A stretch of DNA of 64,000 nt, from assembly GCA_964106645.2 (NCBI GenBank), contig OZ067049.1; one strand, written 5' to 3'. Numbering within the stretch: the stretch's first letter is position 1; each line of letters starts with the position of its first letter. The DNA is from Podarcis pityusensis (lineage: Eukaryota). The notes beneath the pieces are model-generated. The model saw only the letters and a program-made list of their open reading frames with translations. It was not told where the DNA came from and made no database searches. Below, one piece after another: positions 23,810 through 37,700 of this stretch. The position numbers and the translations under genes are program-made.

Positions 23810-26800
23810 CGCGCGCGCGCAAAACTAGCCTACTGTTCACATTTTAAGTTCATTGCTCCACTCCCTTTTACCTCTGGCCCTTCCCATGCTGACATTTCAT
23901 GCAGTCCTCCTAGCTTGGACTTGTTTTAAGGTCCTGCTCCTTAAAAAAATGGCTAGTTGGTAAAAACACCCATAATTTCCTGATGAAGCTTTCTCAGTGT
24001 AATGGGACCACATGCCAGAGTTCTCTCCAAAGCATTTTGGTTTTGGAATAACAACACACACACACACACACACTCCCTTCCTCTGCAAATATTTGCTTGG
24101 CATTCCTTGTGCTTTGGAAAGCTTGCAAGCTTTTACACAAATTAGTTCAGGGCAACTCTTGATTTTATTTTGATTTGATTATTCTTTAGTCCACTTCTTT
24201 GTCTGTGCACACATAAGATTAAAAACAAGAACCTTCCTGAAGTGTCACCCATCTCACTCTGGACACTGTGAGTTCTCTCTTGCTTGCCAATCAGACCCTC
24301 TGAGAATTGCCTCCTTTTCCACGGTATGTGTGAGACGGAGAAGGTGGGAGGCTAGAGAAGGAAAGTACTTCACATAGCACATAGTTAAATCCTGGAATTT
24401 GGTTCCGCAGCGAGAAATGATGGCTACCAACTTGAAGGACTTCCAAGTGTCCCAGAAAAATTGGAACATCCCATTTTCCCCTGCAACAGCACTTAACCAT
24501 CCAGAGATCCTTTACTTTTACCTTTTACCTAGTATGTCAGCTTCATTTGTTCACCTGGAGTACAGCCTGTTTCATCAGATTCAACACATGAAATGCCCTA
24601 TTTGAAAATAAATGAGATCATCATCATCATTTATTATTTATACCCCACCCATCTGGCTGGGTTTCCCCAGCCACTCTGGCCAGCTTCCAACAAAATATTA
24701 AAATACAATAGTCCTCCAGAAATTAAAAACTTCCCTAAACAGGGCTACCTTCAGATGTCTTCTGAAAGTCTGGTAATTGTTTTTTCCTTGACATCTGGTG
24801 GGAGGGTGTTCCACAGGGCAGGCACCACTACCGAGAAGGCCCTCTGCCTGGTTCCCTGTAACTTCGCTTCTTGCAGTGAGGGAACTGCCAAAAGGCCCTC
24901 GGCACTGGACCTCAGTGTCCGGGCAGAATGATGGGAGTGGAGACACTCTTAAAATGTTTTGTCCACCAAAAAGTACCATAGGGATGATATCAAAGAGCTC
25001 ATCATCCTAGTTAAGAAAATATTATTCTTGCTTTCTATCTGGCATTTTCTTAACAGGGTCACATTTCAATTCAAAGCAATGTTTCAGAAAAAACTAATGA
25101 CCAGAAATGGAAAACAGTGACCAACAATTCCTTCATTCATTGCTCTGCTGAGATTGTTATGGAACTGATCTTTTTGAACATTCTGGCTTCTAAAGCTTTG
25201 ATCTGGACAGCATGACGGTAGTAATAAATTAATATCTTATTCAAATAGATAAAATATAATATCCTTTTATACCACCTCAGGGAGTTCTATCAGTGCAGGA
25301 CTTGGTGTTTTGAAGTCTGCGTGACTAATCACTGAGACTTGTGGTCACTTTTGTGAAGTGCCAACCAAATGTTCTTTTTCTTCTAAACCGGGCGATTTGT
25401 TTTATCTTCCCCAGATTGGCAGAAGGCTGGAAGATGCTTTGTGCTTACAGAGTCTAGCGCTCTGATTCTAAACACGTTTTTCCAGGAAATAAGTCCCACT
25501 GTCTGAAATCAACAATCTGTTAAAAGACAAGCCATTGCTTTATTACAGTTGGGTAGGGGGTAGTCAAGCATTAAAGCTTTGAAATCTAAGTTAATCAGTA
25601 CCACTTCACTGGAGGCTGGGCTCAGTAACCTAGCTTTGCTTGCTTTTAATGTATCAAGTCAACCAGCTAATGGAACGTGGAACACTCTGAAAAGTTAATA
25701 ATCTGGACTTCTGGCTACCAGTGAAACGGGGATCTGTGCATATACAGTTACATGTACAATGAAATGTAACTGTGAATGTATAGTTAAAAAGCTTCATTTG
25801 CTTTATATAGTGACCTTGTTTGCATGGAACGCTAAGCCAAATCATGTCTTAGTGCCAACATGTGATGGTACTGGCTCCCAGACCAGGGAGGAGATTACAG
25901 CTGTTTCACTCTTATTCAATTTGGCGCAGTGCTTTGCCTGTTTGCAGTTTGTTGGGACTGCAACAGCAGAGATCATTCTCTGTGTAACTTAAGGGTTAAT
26001 TCTGTTGTTATTGTTAAAGTCGACTAACCGAGAAGGAGGCAGGTGGTGTTGTTATTTAGCAACCAAGCAGAGTTGCATGATGTTTCTCGAGATAGCTTAT
26101 CCCCTGATTGCCTGTCTACTCTTTATTTTTTTTCTCTGTATGACATGTGGACCTGCAACCAAATGTTGCATTGAGGATTGCTGCTGTTCAGGATTCCAGC
26201 CATTCTTTTCTATCTACCCCTCTCAGTTTTTCATCCCCACCTTCAGCATTCTGTAGGCATTGAGTATGCTCAGTCCTCATTGGACTATTTTGAGGAGCTT
26301 CTCCCCTTAGCTCTTTCCCCCTAAAGAATTTGTGTGCTTCTGCAGACCTTGGAGTCACCCCAAACCTGCTGATAGCTCCGTCTAATGTGTGTGTGTGTGT
26401 GTGTGTGTGTGTGTTGCTTTTTCTGGCTACAAAAGGAATACCACTTACAGTTGAAACACTGGAAATGGAAGGAATGGCTTCAGGTTAATAGAAGCAAGGC
26501 AGGCTCTAGATCCGAACACTAGCCAAGTTAACTAGATGTTACAGGAAAAACTTTGATGCAAATCAAGGAAATCACGTAGAAGACTCTGATGACTCATAAA
26601 TTTCTTCATCTTTCAGGACACTTTAAAAAAGCATGACATTCTTACTGTTAATTCTTGCACTCTACACACACATCTCAAGGCAATGTACCATAAAACAGCT
26701 AAAACCTATTCTAAATCAACACAAAAATTAGCAGATGAATTTTTTATTTTTTATTTTTTTAAAAAGGCACCCATGGTAGAGGCCCATTTATCTTGTAGGG

Positions 26801-29800
26801 ATCACCTGTTGGAACGTCTTCATTTGTTTCCAGAGGGCACCTGTCATATCTCAACAGGAAAGCTCTTCCCCAGAAGAGAGGCTGTCACACTGAATGCCCT
26901 GCTCTGTTACTGTGGAATGGGCTCCTTAGGTCTTTGGAACTTGCAGGAGATGCTGCAGATCAGATAAAAGTGTAGAAATTAAGACATCATAACTCATAGC
27001 ATGAAACCGGTTAATGTTTGACAGATTAAGGACAGACTTTAGACACATGGAAGGGTGTTACAATGTTATATCATTCTTCCTCTGAAAGCTGCACCTGTAC
27101 ACCAGAAACTTATGGACCTCACTGCGTGTCAAAATTTGATGACTGCCAAGGGAGATCTCCAGCTCTCTGTGGGCATGGGCTCTGTGTTGATGGAAACAGG
27201 GAGCAACCTGGTCAGGTAAGCAAAGAGAGCCGATCTAGCCCTCCTAGAAAGAAAGTTATGTAGCCTCCTGAACAATTTCTGTGAGATGAACAAGCCTGGC
27301 TGCTCCCACTTTTTTATCCACTGAGTTAGAGCTGTGACAGGTGTTTGGACATCAGGCAACAGGAATTCCTGGGGTCCTAAAATACTGTTGCTTTCTGTTC
27401 CCTTTTTTTGCACTTTTCTGTTTTGTTTTCTAGTCCTTGGAATCTGCAGTTTGTCCTTCCTTTTCCCTAGCAACCAGGATGCATCTTTCCTAGGGTGGGT
27501 TTTTTTTGAGATCACACAATCTCCAAAGGCAATTTTCTGCACATATTACTACATAATAAGTACAAGTGAGAGTTAAAGAACTGCCCCCATCCCTAAATAG
27601 CAAATGCAAAATGTGAAAACATTACAAAAAGACTTCAGCATGGGCAGGAGCCAAGGACCACTAAGAAGTCACTCTATAGTTAAACTGCAGTTCAGTGGCA
27701 TGTATGTCTACTCAGAAGTAAGTCTTTTGTGTTTAATGGAGATTACTCCCAGGTAAGTGGGTTTAGGAGTGAAACTTAAGCTTCGGTTTCATGTAAGCAT
27801 TGTGTAAAAGCAGCATCCTTGTGCTTTTAGCAGCTACGTGGGAGGCAAAAATTCAATAGGTTAAGCCTTTTCTAGTACAGTGGTACTGCGGGTTATAGAC
27901 GCTTCAGGTTACAGGTGCTTCAGGTTACAGACTTGGCTAACCCAGAAATAGTACCTCGGGTTAAGAACTTTGCTTCAGGATGAGAACAGAAATCACGTGG
28001 GAGTGGCGCGGCGGCAGCGGAAGGCCCCATTAGCTAAAGTGGTACCTCAGGTTAAGAACAGTTTCAGGTTAAGAACAGACCTCCAGAATGAATTAAGTTC
28101 GTAACCCGAGGAACCACTGTATGGAAATGCAATTATGGCAAAAACTTTAGCTGTTTACATTCTGCCTGCCAGGCATTTTATTATGTGTGTGGCCATTGAT
28201 TTATTATTGGGTCCTTTAGTGCACCTGCAAGAGAGTACACAAATCAGCATATAATGCAAAACATGCAAATTTGATGCAAATCTGTGGCCTTTTTTCAAGT
28301 GGGTTGGAAAGCCACATCCACAGAGTACTGGGGCCAGAAAATCCTGCTGGCACCCTTGGCCCTTGTTTGGGAGTTTGAATTGCTCTGGTTCAGACTATAC
28401 TAGCTTTAAATGCATTTCGTCAGTGAATGACTAACCTTTGTGAATTTCCCCCAAAGCATAACAACCCACAGTATTCCAAAGACAGAGCAGCTAAGTTTAT
28501 TTGCAGATGGTTATGTTTGTATCAGTCTTATGATACACTAGCAGGTTGTGCTCTCTGAATTTAATTATATTTAGGCTGATTTCATGATTACTGGTCATTC
28601 TCTGGCTTATTATGATTAAATTACAGGTTCCCTTTTACTGGAGCACATTAAGCCTCTGCTGCTAGTAGAGGAGAGCAAGCTTGGGGAAAGAACACAGACT
28701 ATAATTGAAATGAGGCTCTGTAAAGGCAAATCACCATGCAGCTGCAAGCCTGGCTTGAAATTAGCAATAGTGCAAAAGGTTTATTAGGAGCAGTTCCTCT
28801 TGTGGCATTTACACTGGCATGTTCATGATTGCCCTGTTTTAACTTGGCAGCCCAAGTACAGCTGCATCTGTGATGCTGGCTGGATGGCGCCACCAGGGAG
28901 TCCTGCCTGCACTGCAGACATCGATGAGTGTAGCCTCCCTAAACCGCCCTGCTCTCTGGATCCTCCTGTGCAGTGCCAAAACAAGCCAGGCTCTTACTCC
29001 TGCGGTCCTTGTCCATCAGGTGAGTAAGGGAATAAAAAGAGTCCTGCTGGATCAGGCCAGAGGCCCATCTGCTCCATCACAGTGGCCAGCCGTATCATGC
29101 AGCTTTCTGTTTCCATAGGTTGGCAAGGAAACGGCTACACCTGCCAAGATATTAACGAATGTGAGATAGATAATGGAGGCTGTTCAACTGCCCCAATGGT
29201 TCAGTGCATCAACACCATGGGCTCCTTCCATTGCGGCTATTGCCCGCCAGGTAAACAATGGACGTCCTCTGTATTTCTCAATCGGTTTCAGCTTTGCTGT
29301 TTTGTAGACCTTGATGCTGCTGTACCTACTCAATAATATCTGGCAAATTGGTCAAACCTGTTCTTTGGGAACCTGCCATCTTTCAGCTATCTGAAGAAAG
29401 ACAAATACATTATGAATGGAAAGGTTCCATAGTTTTCTTCACCTGGTTGTAATAATGTCATTTAGTATGAGACTGTGAGGTTTTACAGGGATTTTTATCA
29501 AAGAAGGCAAATTCCATTGTGATGCAGGGCAAAACCGATCACAGTCTTTGAGACTGTAAAGGACTTTTATCCCTGTTTAGGTTGGGTAGGAAACTCTGCG
29601 AATTTCCTTCCTTACTTGAAAGCAGTGGACTTCTCTGAGTCTCCTGAGAGCATTTTAGGCTGCAATTCCCATTGCATTCAGTTGGACTGCTGAGAAAAAA
29701 TGCATTGGCTTATCCAACAAATGTGAAACACTTTGATTCTGTTTGCACACGGTCCAGGAAAAGGTATGAAGGCAGATCATGTTTGCTTTCTGCCTGTGAC

Positions 29801-31086
29801 ACACACTGTAATGTGGATGCTAGTGCTTTGCTAGAGGATCTAGCAAGGATAGGTGAAGTGGCTATTAAGGTTCTTTTTGTACCCTGGAGTTTCGTGACGC
29901 TATGAAACATGTACTCTTCTGTTGCCATTTCCAGTTCCCTCTTACCTGCTAAGCTTGTGTTGTGTGTGTAGTGGGGGTGTCCACCCCACTGCTTTTTCCA
30001 AATCTAAAAAGCACAACATTCCCTGTCCCCTTGATATGTTCTCCTGAGTTTTCCAGCCAAACAATGTGTACAAAAAGGCATATATTGCAGTAGAGTGTGC
30101 ATAAACACACATACGTCAGTGAAACGTAGCATACAAAATGCATTCAATTAAGGGAAATCGCTTTGCAAAAATGTCTCTTTTAGGCAAAAATTCCTTACAA
30201 ACACATGTGTTTTAGGATAAATTAGCACTAAAATGCTGGTGGATTTTGAGGGGGACATTTAATTTTTTTAAAATTGCCAACTGAGGAGGAAATGTAGAGA
30301 ACCAAACTTAAGACAGGAAAAAATGAGGAATAGAAACTGAAAATGGCAGTCTGTGGGAAGGAAGCCTATCATTCTCCCCCCCCCCCCTTGAGTGATTTGT
30401 TTCTGGGAAAGTTTAATAGAGCCTGGGTCCATAGGGATGCCAGCTTACATCTGGCTTGCACCAACCACTCCGGCCCCATTGCATCTGGGGCTGTTACAGG
30501 AACCCGTCACATGGCAGAGATCTAGGGAAGTTGCTGCAGAACCAAGTGCAACGGCTGATGATATCGTCCAGCTCATGAGACTTGGATTGCCCAACTTTCT
30601 GCTGATTTATAAGCTATATTAAAATAGACAGGCTTTGTGCTAATGTCAAGGAGACCCAAACAAGCCTTCCTTGGATGATGAAACTGGGGAAAAATTTGCC
30701 TCTGGCTTCATTTGTCACTGTTCTTTGTCATCTTTTCAACGGCTTGACAGTATAAACACATGTTTGCTATCATATGACACTGCAACTTGATAAAATTGCT
30801 GTTTTATTCAAACCAGGCTATGAAGGAGATGGGAAAGTGTGCACCCAGGTTAATATTTGCTCAGTAAACAACGGAGGTTGTCATCCACTCGCTGCATGTA
30901 CCAGTATATCAGGTAATGCTGTTGCTAAATCACCACCATCCTTATCCTGCTTTGTATGGGGCTGGGAGATGAACCCTAGTGTGGTGGAACAGAACACTGG
31001 GTTAATGATAAACAGACCCCGGTTGAAATCCCCACTCAGCCATGAAGTGCATTGGGTGGTCTTGGGCCTGTCACTGGTCACACCCA

Positions 31087-31134
<48 letters not shown>

Positions 31135-34100
31135 TTACTTATACTTCACCCATCTGGCTGGGTTTCCCCAGCCACTCTGGGCAGCTCTCAAGAGAATATT
31201 AAAAACACAATAATACATCAAACATTAAAAACTCCCCTAAACAGGGCTGCCTTCAGATGTCTTCTAAAAGTCAGGTGTGGGAGGGCGTTCCACAGGGTGG
31301 GTGCCACCACCAAGAAGTCCCTCTGCCTGGTTCCCTATAACCTCACTTCTCACAGTGAGGGAACCTCCAGAAGGCCCTCAGAGCTGGACCTCAGTGTCTA
31401 GGCAGAACGATGGGAGTGGAGACACTCCTTCAGGTATACTGGACTGAGGCAGTTTAAAGCGTTAGTTTTCCCCCAAAATAATTGTGGGAACTGTAGTTTG
31501 TTAAGGGTTCTGGGAGTTATACCTCTGCGAGGGGTAAAACTACAGGTCCCGGGATTCTTTTGGGGAAACCCTGTGCTTTAAAAGTATGGTGTGTATGTGA
31601 TCTTTCTCTTACACCCATTCTGCTTCTGCTGAACCTGCTTCAAAGGCTTGTTGTGAAGATAAAAGGCAAGAGGGTGGAAACAAATCCTGCAGCTTTGAAC
31701 TCCTGGCTCTGGTGAGACAAATGGTATTTCTATTTAAAACTGAGAATTAATGGGTATAATTTAAACAGAACTACCATTCGTCTCCCCAGAGTGGGGAGAA
31801 CTATGTGCCTTCTCAGTACGCTGTCCTAGAGCTAACTTTATTATAATTTATACATGAGGATGATATCTAAAACAATGCCTAATATAATGACGTGCTTGAT
31901 GCCTTTAAATATTTTGAAAGTTTTTAATTGTTCTTAAATATGTTTTTTATTCTATTTTTTAGTATTATTTCACCACTTTGGTGTTTACTGCCTTGAGTTC
32001 TTTTGGAAGGATGGGATAGAAATTTAAATACTGATGTTGCTGCTGCTGCTACTACTAATACATGTATATTTTATGCAAATCTCTATCCACAATGCATTGT
32101 TCATGAGCACACTGTTGGATGAGAGAAGACCCCTCTCAGGTTAAGGGACCAATCACTACAGGGAACTGAGTGCCTGTCAGCTCCCCACTTCAATCTTCTG
32201 ACTCCTTCCTCCTCTCCCTGGCACGGATGCCGGGCACTGGGGGCTTCACCAACATGTAGGGGGCAGGGCTATGATGCCCCCTGAACTCCCCCAATACTAC
32301 AGTAAAATAACAAGCACAGACACTCTGGTCCTGCATATCAGGAATTTCAATGCTTTGTAACTGTATCAGATTTTTAACTGGGGCTAATCCCTGTAAAAAA
32401 GGATTGAGTAAACAAGCCATTATATTTAGCCTAATAATTGAAATGGATTTTTCCCAAACATCACTACGCACTTAATCCCGATAATAGCTTTTGCTTGACT
32501 AAACAGCCGGAAAATATTGCCTATATCAAGGTTGTTGTTGTTGTTTAAAAAACAGGGCTTTTATTTTACTCTGTTGCTTAAATTGTTGGTTACAGGCATT
32601 GCCATTTCTCTTGAGTGTATGAGTTTCAAACCAGGCTAGTTTAAGTAAACTGACTTAAATCAGAGGGCTGCATCTTAAATTATTTGTAAGTCACAACTTA
32701 AAAAAAACAACTACAATGGATCATTTGAAGATTTTGCTGCTGATAAAGCAGTTCTTTGAAACAGGGGTGTTCAACATGATTAATATCAAATTATGGTGAC
32801 ATTCATAGCTTTGATTATTTTGCCTCTTCTTCTTCTTCTTCTTCTTCTTCTTCTTCTTCTTCTTCTTCTTCTTCTTTTTGCAGGCCTTTTGCCTAGTTGT
32901 ATCTGCCCAGCTGGATACACTGGGAGTGGCTATGGCCCCAGTGGATGTGTTGCACTGAGCACTATCTGCCAAACGCAAAACCCTTGTCTAAATGGAGTGT
33001 GTCTTGTAAGTGTTCATTGCTATGTTAAAAGCATATGATTTTAGATGTCATGAATTATTATGATATTAAGCTTTAAGAAGATCAAGTTACGTGTTGGCTC
33101 ATAACATCTAAGAACACATGACTTTGCTGTTGTATTGCTAAAAAGGATGTCTATAAATTCTTACATTAAACTGTAAGGATGAAGAGAAATTTGACTTCAT
33201 TCTCATTCTATGTGAACTTACCTAGTTCACAGTTCTCGAAACAACATGTGAACTGAAACTTGGCTCTCTTTTGAAGTTTGCACTTCTCTGAATTTTGTAA
33301 TATCGTTGCAAACCAAAAATGAATATATTGGGGAAAAGTTTGCATAGGAATGCATGTGATATTATTATTATTATTTATTAATATCATTTGAAAATAACAC
33401 ACAAAATGCATATTATGTTTTTAAATGCCTGCAAAAATGTGTACATTAACAAAAATGATCTTTTAGGAGAAATGTGCATTAAAATGGCAATTTATTATAA
33501 GGGTGGGAATTGCAAATTGATTTACTTTTTTTTTAAAGTCCTCATGTGAAGGTTTATCTGCAGCTCAGTGTGAATTTCTCCTAATATACAGTATATCAAA
33601 TTTTGCCCAGGTTGAAACCACTGGTCTAAATTCAGCATGGATCTGGCTTTTGCTGAATATTACATTATTTGCAGTGGTGTCCCAAAAGCCAAATCTGAGT
33701 AGAATTTGCACAGGCTTGAGTTACTATTTTAATGATGGTTTTTATATATTCTGTTTGCTGCATGTCAACCTGGGCTCCTGAAGAAGGAAAGATGGGACGC
33801 AAAAATTATTATTATTAAGCATATAGCAACCATGCATACAAAACTTGTTCAACATGGTCTGAAGTACCTTGAAACTGCTTCTAGGTTATGGTAGTAGTAG
33901 ACTCATATGTGTTTGGTTTCTCTTTTGTTTGGTTTTATGTCTGCAGACCACAGTCTCTGGCTACATCTGTGAGTGTCATCCTGGCTGGACAGGTGCCAAC
34001 TGTACAGAAAACATTGACGAGTGCTCCAGCAATCCTTGCCAGCACGGGGGAAGTTGCACCGATGCGGTGAATGGCTACTCTTGTGAATGTACAAGCAGTT

Positions 34101-34671
34101 GGACTGGACCTCAATGCCAGACACCCCAACAAGGTAAGTGCACCATAAATGAACGTCATAAGGCACTCAGAGATCCTAAACGGCAGGCCCTAGCAGCAGG
34201 ATGTGGGTGCCTTTGTGATCTGTGCCATTGTGGCAGTTTGTCTGAAGAAGGAAGCTGTTCTTTGATGCACTATAGCTCCACCCACTGCAGGTGGTCAGAG
34301 GGTGGCATTGCAGCTGTCAACTTAGCAGCGATCAATGGGAAACAGAATTCCAACTAGTCCTTTAAAGCTGCTTACCTAGACCTAGCTTCTTGTCCTGAAC
34401 AGCTTTCAGACTGTACAGTGTATCTTTGCATCCCTGCTTGACCACAAGGGTGCTGAGAACTGTTAGGTGATCCTTGTTCTTTTCATGGAAGTACAACTCT
34501 CACAGTGGTTTAACAATCAATATCTCTTCCCAGGAAACTCTGGGAATTGTAGTTCTGTGAAGGGAATAAGCATCTCCTAACAACTCTCAGCACCCTTAAA
34601 GAACTTCAGCTCCCAGGATTCTTTTGGGGGAAACCATGACTGTTTAAAATGGTATAATACTGCTTTAAATG

Positions 34672-34711
<40 letters not shown>

Positions 34712-37700
34712 TTATACATACATACATACATACATACATACCCCACCCATCTGGCTGGGTTTCCTCAGCCACTCTGGGCAGCTCCCAACAGAATACTAAA
34801 AACACGATAAAACATCCAACATTAAAAACTCCCCTAAACAGGGCTGCCTTCAGATGTCTTCTAAAAGTCAGGTAGTTGATTATTTCTGTGATATCTGTTG
34901 GGAGGGTGTTCCGCAGGGCGGGCGCCACTACCGAGAAGGCCCTCTGCCTGGTTCCCTGTAACTTTACTTCTCGCAGTGAGGGAACCACCAGAAGGCCCCT
35001 GGAGCTGGCCCTCAGTGTCCAGGCTGAGTGATGGGGGTGGATACGCTCCTTCAGGTATACTGGACCGAGGCTGTTTAGGGCTTTAAAGGTCAGCACCAAC
35101 AGTTTGAATTGTGCCCGGAAGTGCAGATGGGAGCCAAATACTGTATTTTGATCCGTTGAAGAGAGCTTGTTGAGAAAGGAAGGTCTTCAACAGGCACCAA
35201 AGAGGCAATAGATATGTCACCTGTCTGGTATGTAAGTGAAGGGAATTCCAAAGGTCAGGTGCCACCACACCAAAGACCCTATTTCTTCATTGTACAGAAG
35301 GGACCTGATATCTACAGGAGGTCTTCTCCTGCAGGGGACAGTGACTAGTTGGGTAAGAGATGAGATGATCTTTTAGGTATCCTGATAGGTATTTCTCATT
35401 TCCTTCAAGGAACTTCTGATATTAACTTACTTACTCTTTTCCATACCTGCAGCATGTGGTGGGTCACTTTCAGGCCTGTCAGGCTCATTCAGCTACCTTA
35501 ATCACACTGAGCAATATAATCAGCCGGTCAGCTGCGCCTGGGTGGTTCGGACTACAAACGACAAGGTAAGAGCTGCACAACCTGGGGGTGAAAGGGCATA
35601 ACAGCAAAAAAAACAAAAACAAAACTTAGGGCAAGGGAGTCCAGAAGGTAGATCTTTGGGTGGAAGTAGATCGGCAAGGAATTCTGACTCTGTTGTTTAA
35701 CAATGGCAGCAACAAAATGACTACCCCACCCCAAATTATGAAGAAAACTGGGGCAGTGGGAGAACCAGAAGCAGATGTTTGTGAAGATGGCATCCCAGTT
35801 CTGTTCTGTTATTTCTTGGCTTCATTCTGAGGGTCTTTCTTTTTCACCTGGGTTTGGTTCATGTCTCCTGGAGTTCTAGTATAAATCAATGTAGATTCTG
35901 CAAGCCTGAGACCTGACCAGTCCTGTCTTTGGGAAATTTAAAGCAGTGGTGGGGAATGTTCAGTCTGCGGACTCCCAAGCTTCTGGGAGGAATTCAGTGT
36001 CCCTGTTGAAATGGGATAATATGAAATCCAGAATAGCTATCAGGTTACCAAAATAGTTTGGAGTGTCTGGTATTAGATTCCCTGGTCAACTTCTGTATAT
36101 ATCCACCTCTTTATCTCTTCCTTTGACCTTTCGCAATAGCTAATCCTTCTGCCTGCTCTGGGGTTTGTCAGGAAATTATATAGAGCACCTCCAGATGTTC
36201 TGGCAAACATATGACTGTGTGGACAGGTGTGCTATCTAATCTGCACAGTGTAACTATATAAACAATATCTAATCATCCTTCAGCCGAGGCCCTCATAGTC
36301 CACGGATAGAAAAAACAAGCAAATTAAATGAATCTCTCTGTTCTTTCCTGCTAGATCCTGCGGATCACATTTCCAGTCTTCCAGCTGGAGGAGAGTATCA
36401 GCTGCAGGTCAGGCTTTCTCCAGATTCACGATGGAGAGTCGGCTTCAGCAAACGCACTAGGGAAATATTGTGGGTCTTCTACCCCAGAAGAGCTTTTCAG
36501 CAGCCATAACTCTTTGTATTTCTGGCTCCACTCTGACCACATGATGAATGCACGAGGGTTTACAGTTCATTGGGAGTCCCGGCAGCCGGGTAAGATGGTG
36601 GTGCGTGAAGACAAGTAAGACTGTGCCCGCAACGCTAGGGCATTAATGCAGATGGGAGTCAGTTTTCCCGTGTGTGCGTTTGTGTGCCATTGCCCACATG
36701 TGAGCCCTTTCAATTGTATATCTCTGGAATCTGCCTTGAAGTTTCCCTACCACATTACTGAGCGTTGCTTGATGAGTTGCATGTGCTGAGTGTTGTTCTT
36801 CCCTCCCCTCAATTAGTACTTCCCCACTCTACGAGTTCTGGAAACCTAAAGTCTGTTGTGGGCATGTGTGCAGCTATTTATTTAGCTGTGCACGTAGACA
36901 TATATATTTAAAATTTTAAAAAAAAGTTGTTTTTTTTAAGACAGGTTTTTTAATGTACCAACACACAATGCACTTCATTGCAATCCAGAGTTCGGTAACA
37001 TGTAGCTTTATATTGGATTTACTTCCTTTATCAGGTTTTCCCTGAACAGGGAAAATCCAAATTTAATGCTGAGGAAGTGCAGGCTGCCAGTTAGATAAGA
37101 AGCATGGCATTCAGGCAGTGCTGGGGGGTGGGGTGGGGATTAAGACACATGCAGCTTCAAATCTGCATTAAACTCCTGTGTGGATGAGCCCTGAACGAAG
37201 CAGAGCTGAAGACAGTAGTCCACATTTTGAAAACATTTGTTTTAAAATAGTTTTTTTTAAAAAAAGCTAGTTATGTTTATAGCTGAACAGTTTACTAATT
37301 GCAAGCAAAGTGAATAGCTTCTAATTCTGCTGCCTTAGGAAAACGTCACATATTATGCATTCTCTGTTTGGAAATAACATGGAAGCCTTGTGTCTGTCAT
37401 ATATGATTAACACGTGTGTTACTCTATGCCTATAAGTTGAATATGAAGTGAAGAGTGATGTCGCTTGGTTTATATTGGAATGGGCAGCAGTGCATAGGTG
37501 TTTTCTTTAAAAACAAAAAACAACCCACAACCTAGTGATGTCATTGAGAGTACTCTGTGTGTCTATGACCCTGGGGTATTTCACTTCTCAGGGTATTTGA
37601 GTGCTTACTAAGGATTTCAGGCACCCTTAAAAATCATATGCCCCAGAGCTTATTCTGCTAGCTACAATGCCATCTCAGGTTGGTGCAAGAAGTCTTGAGA

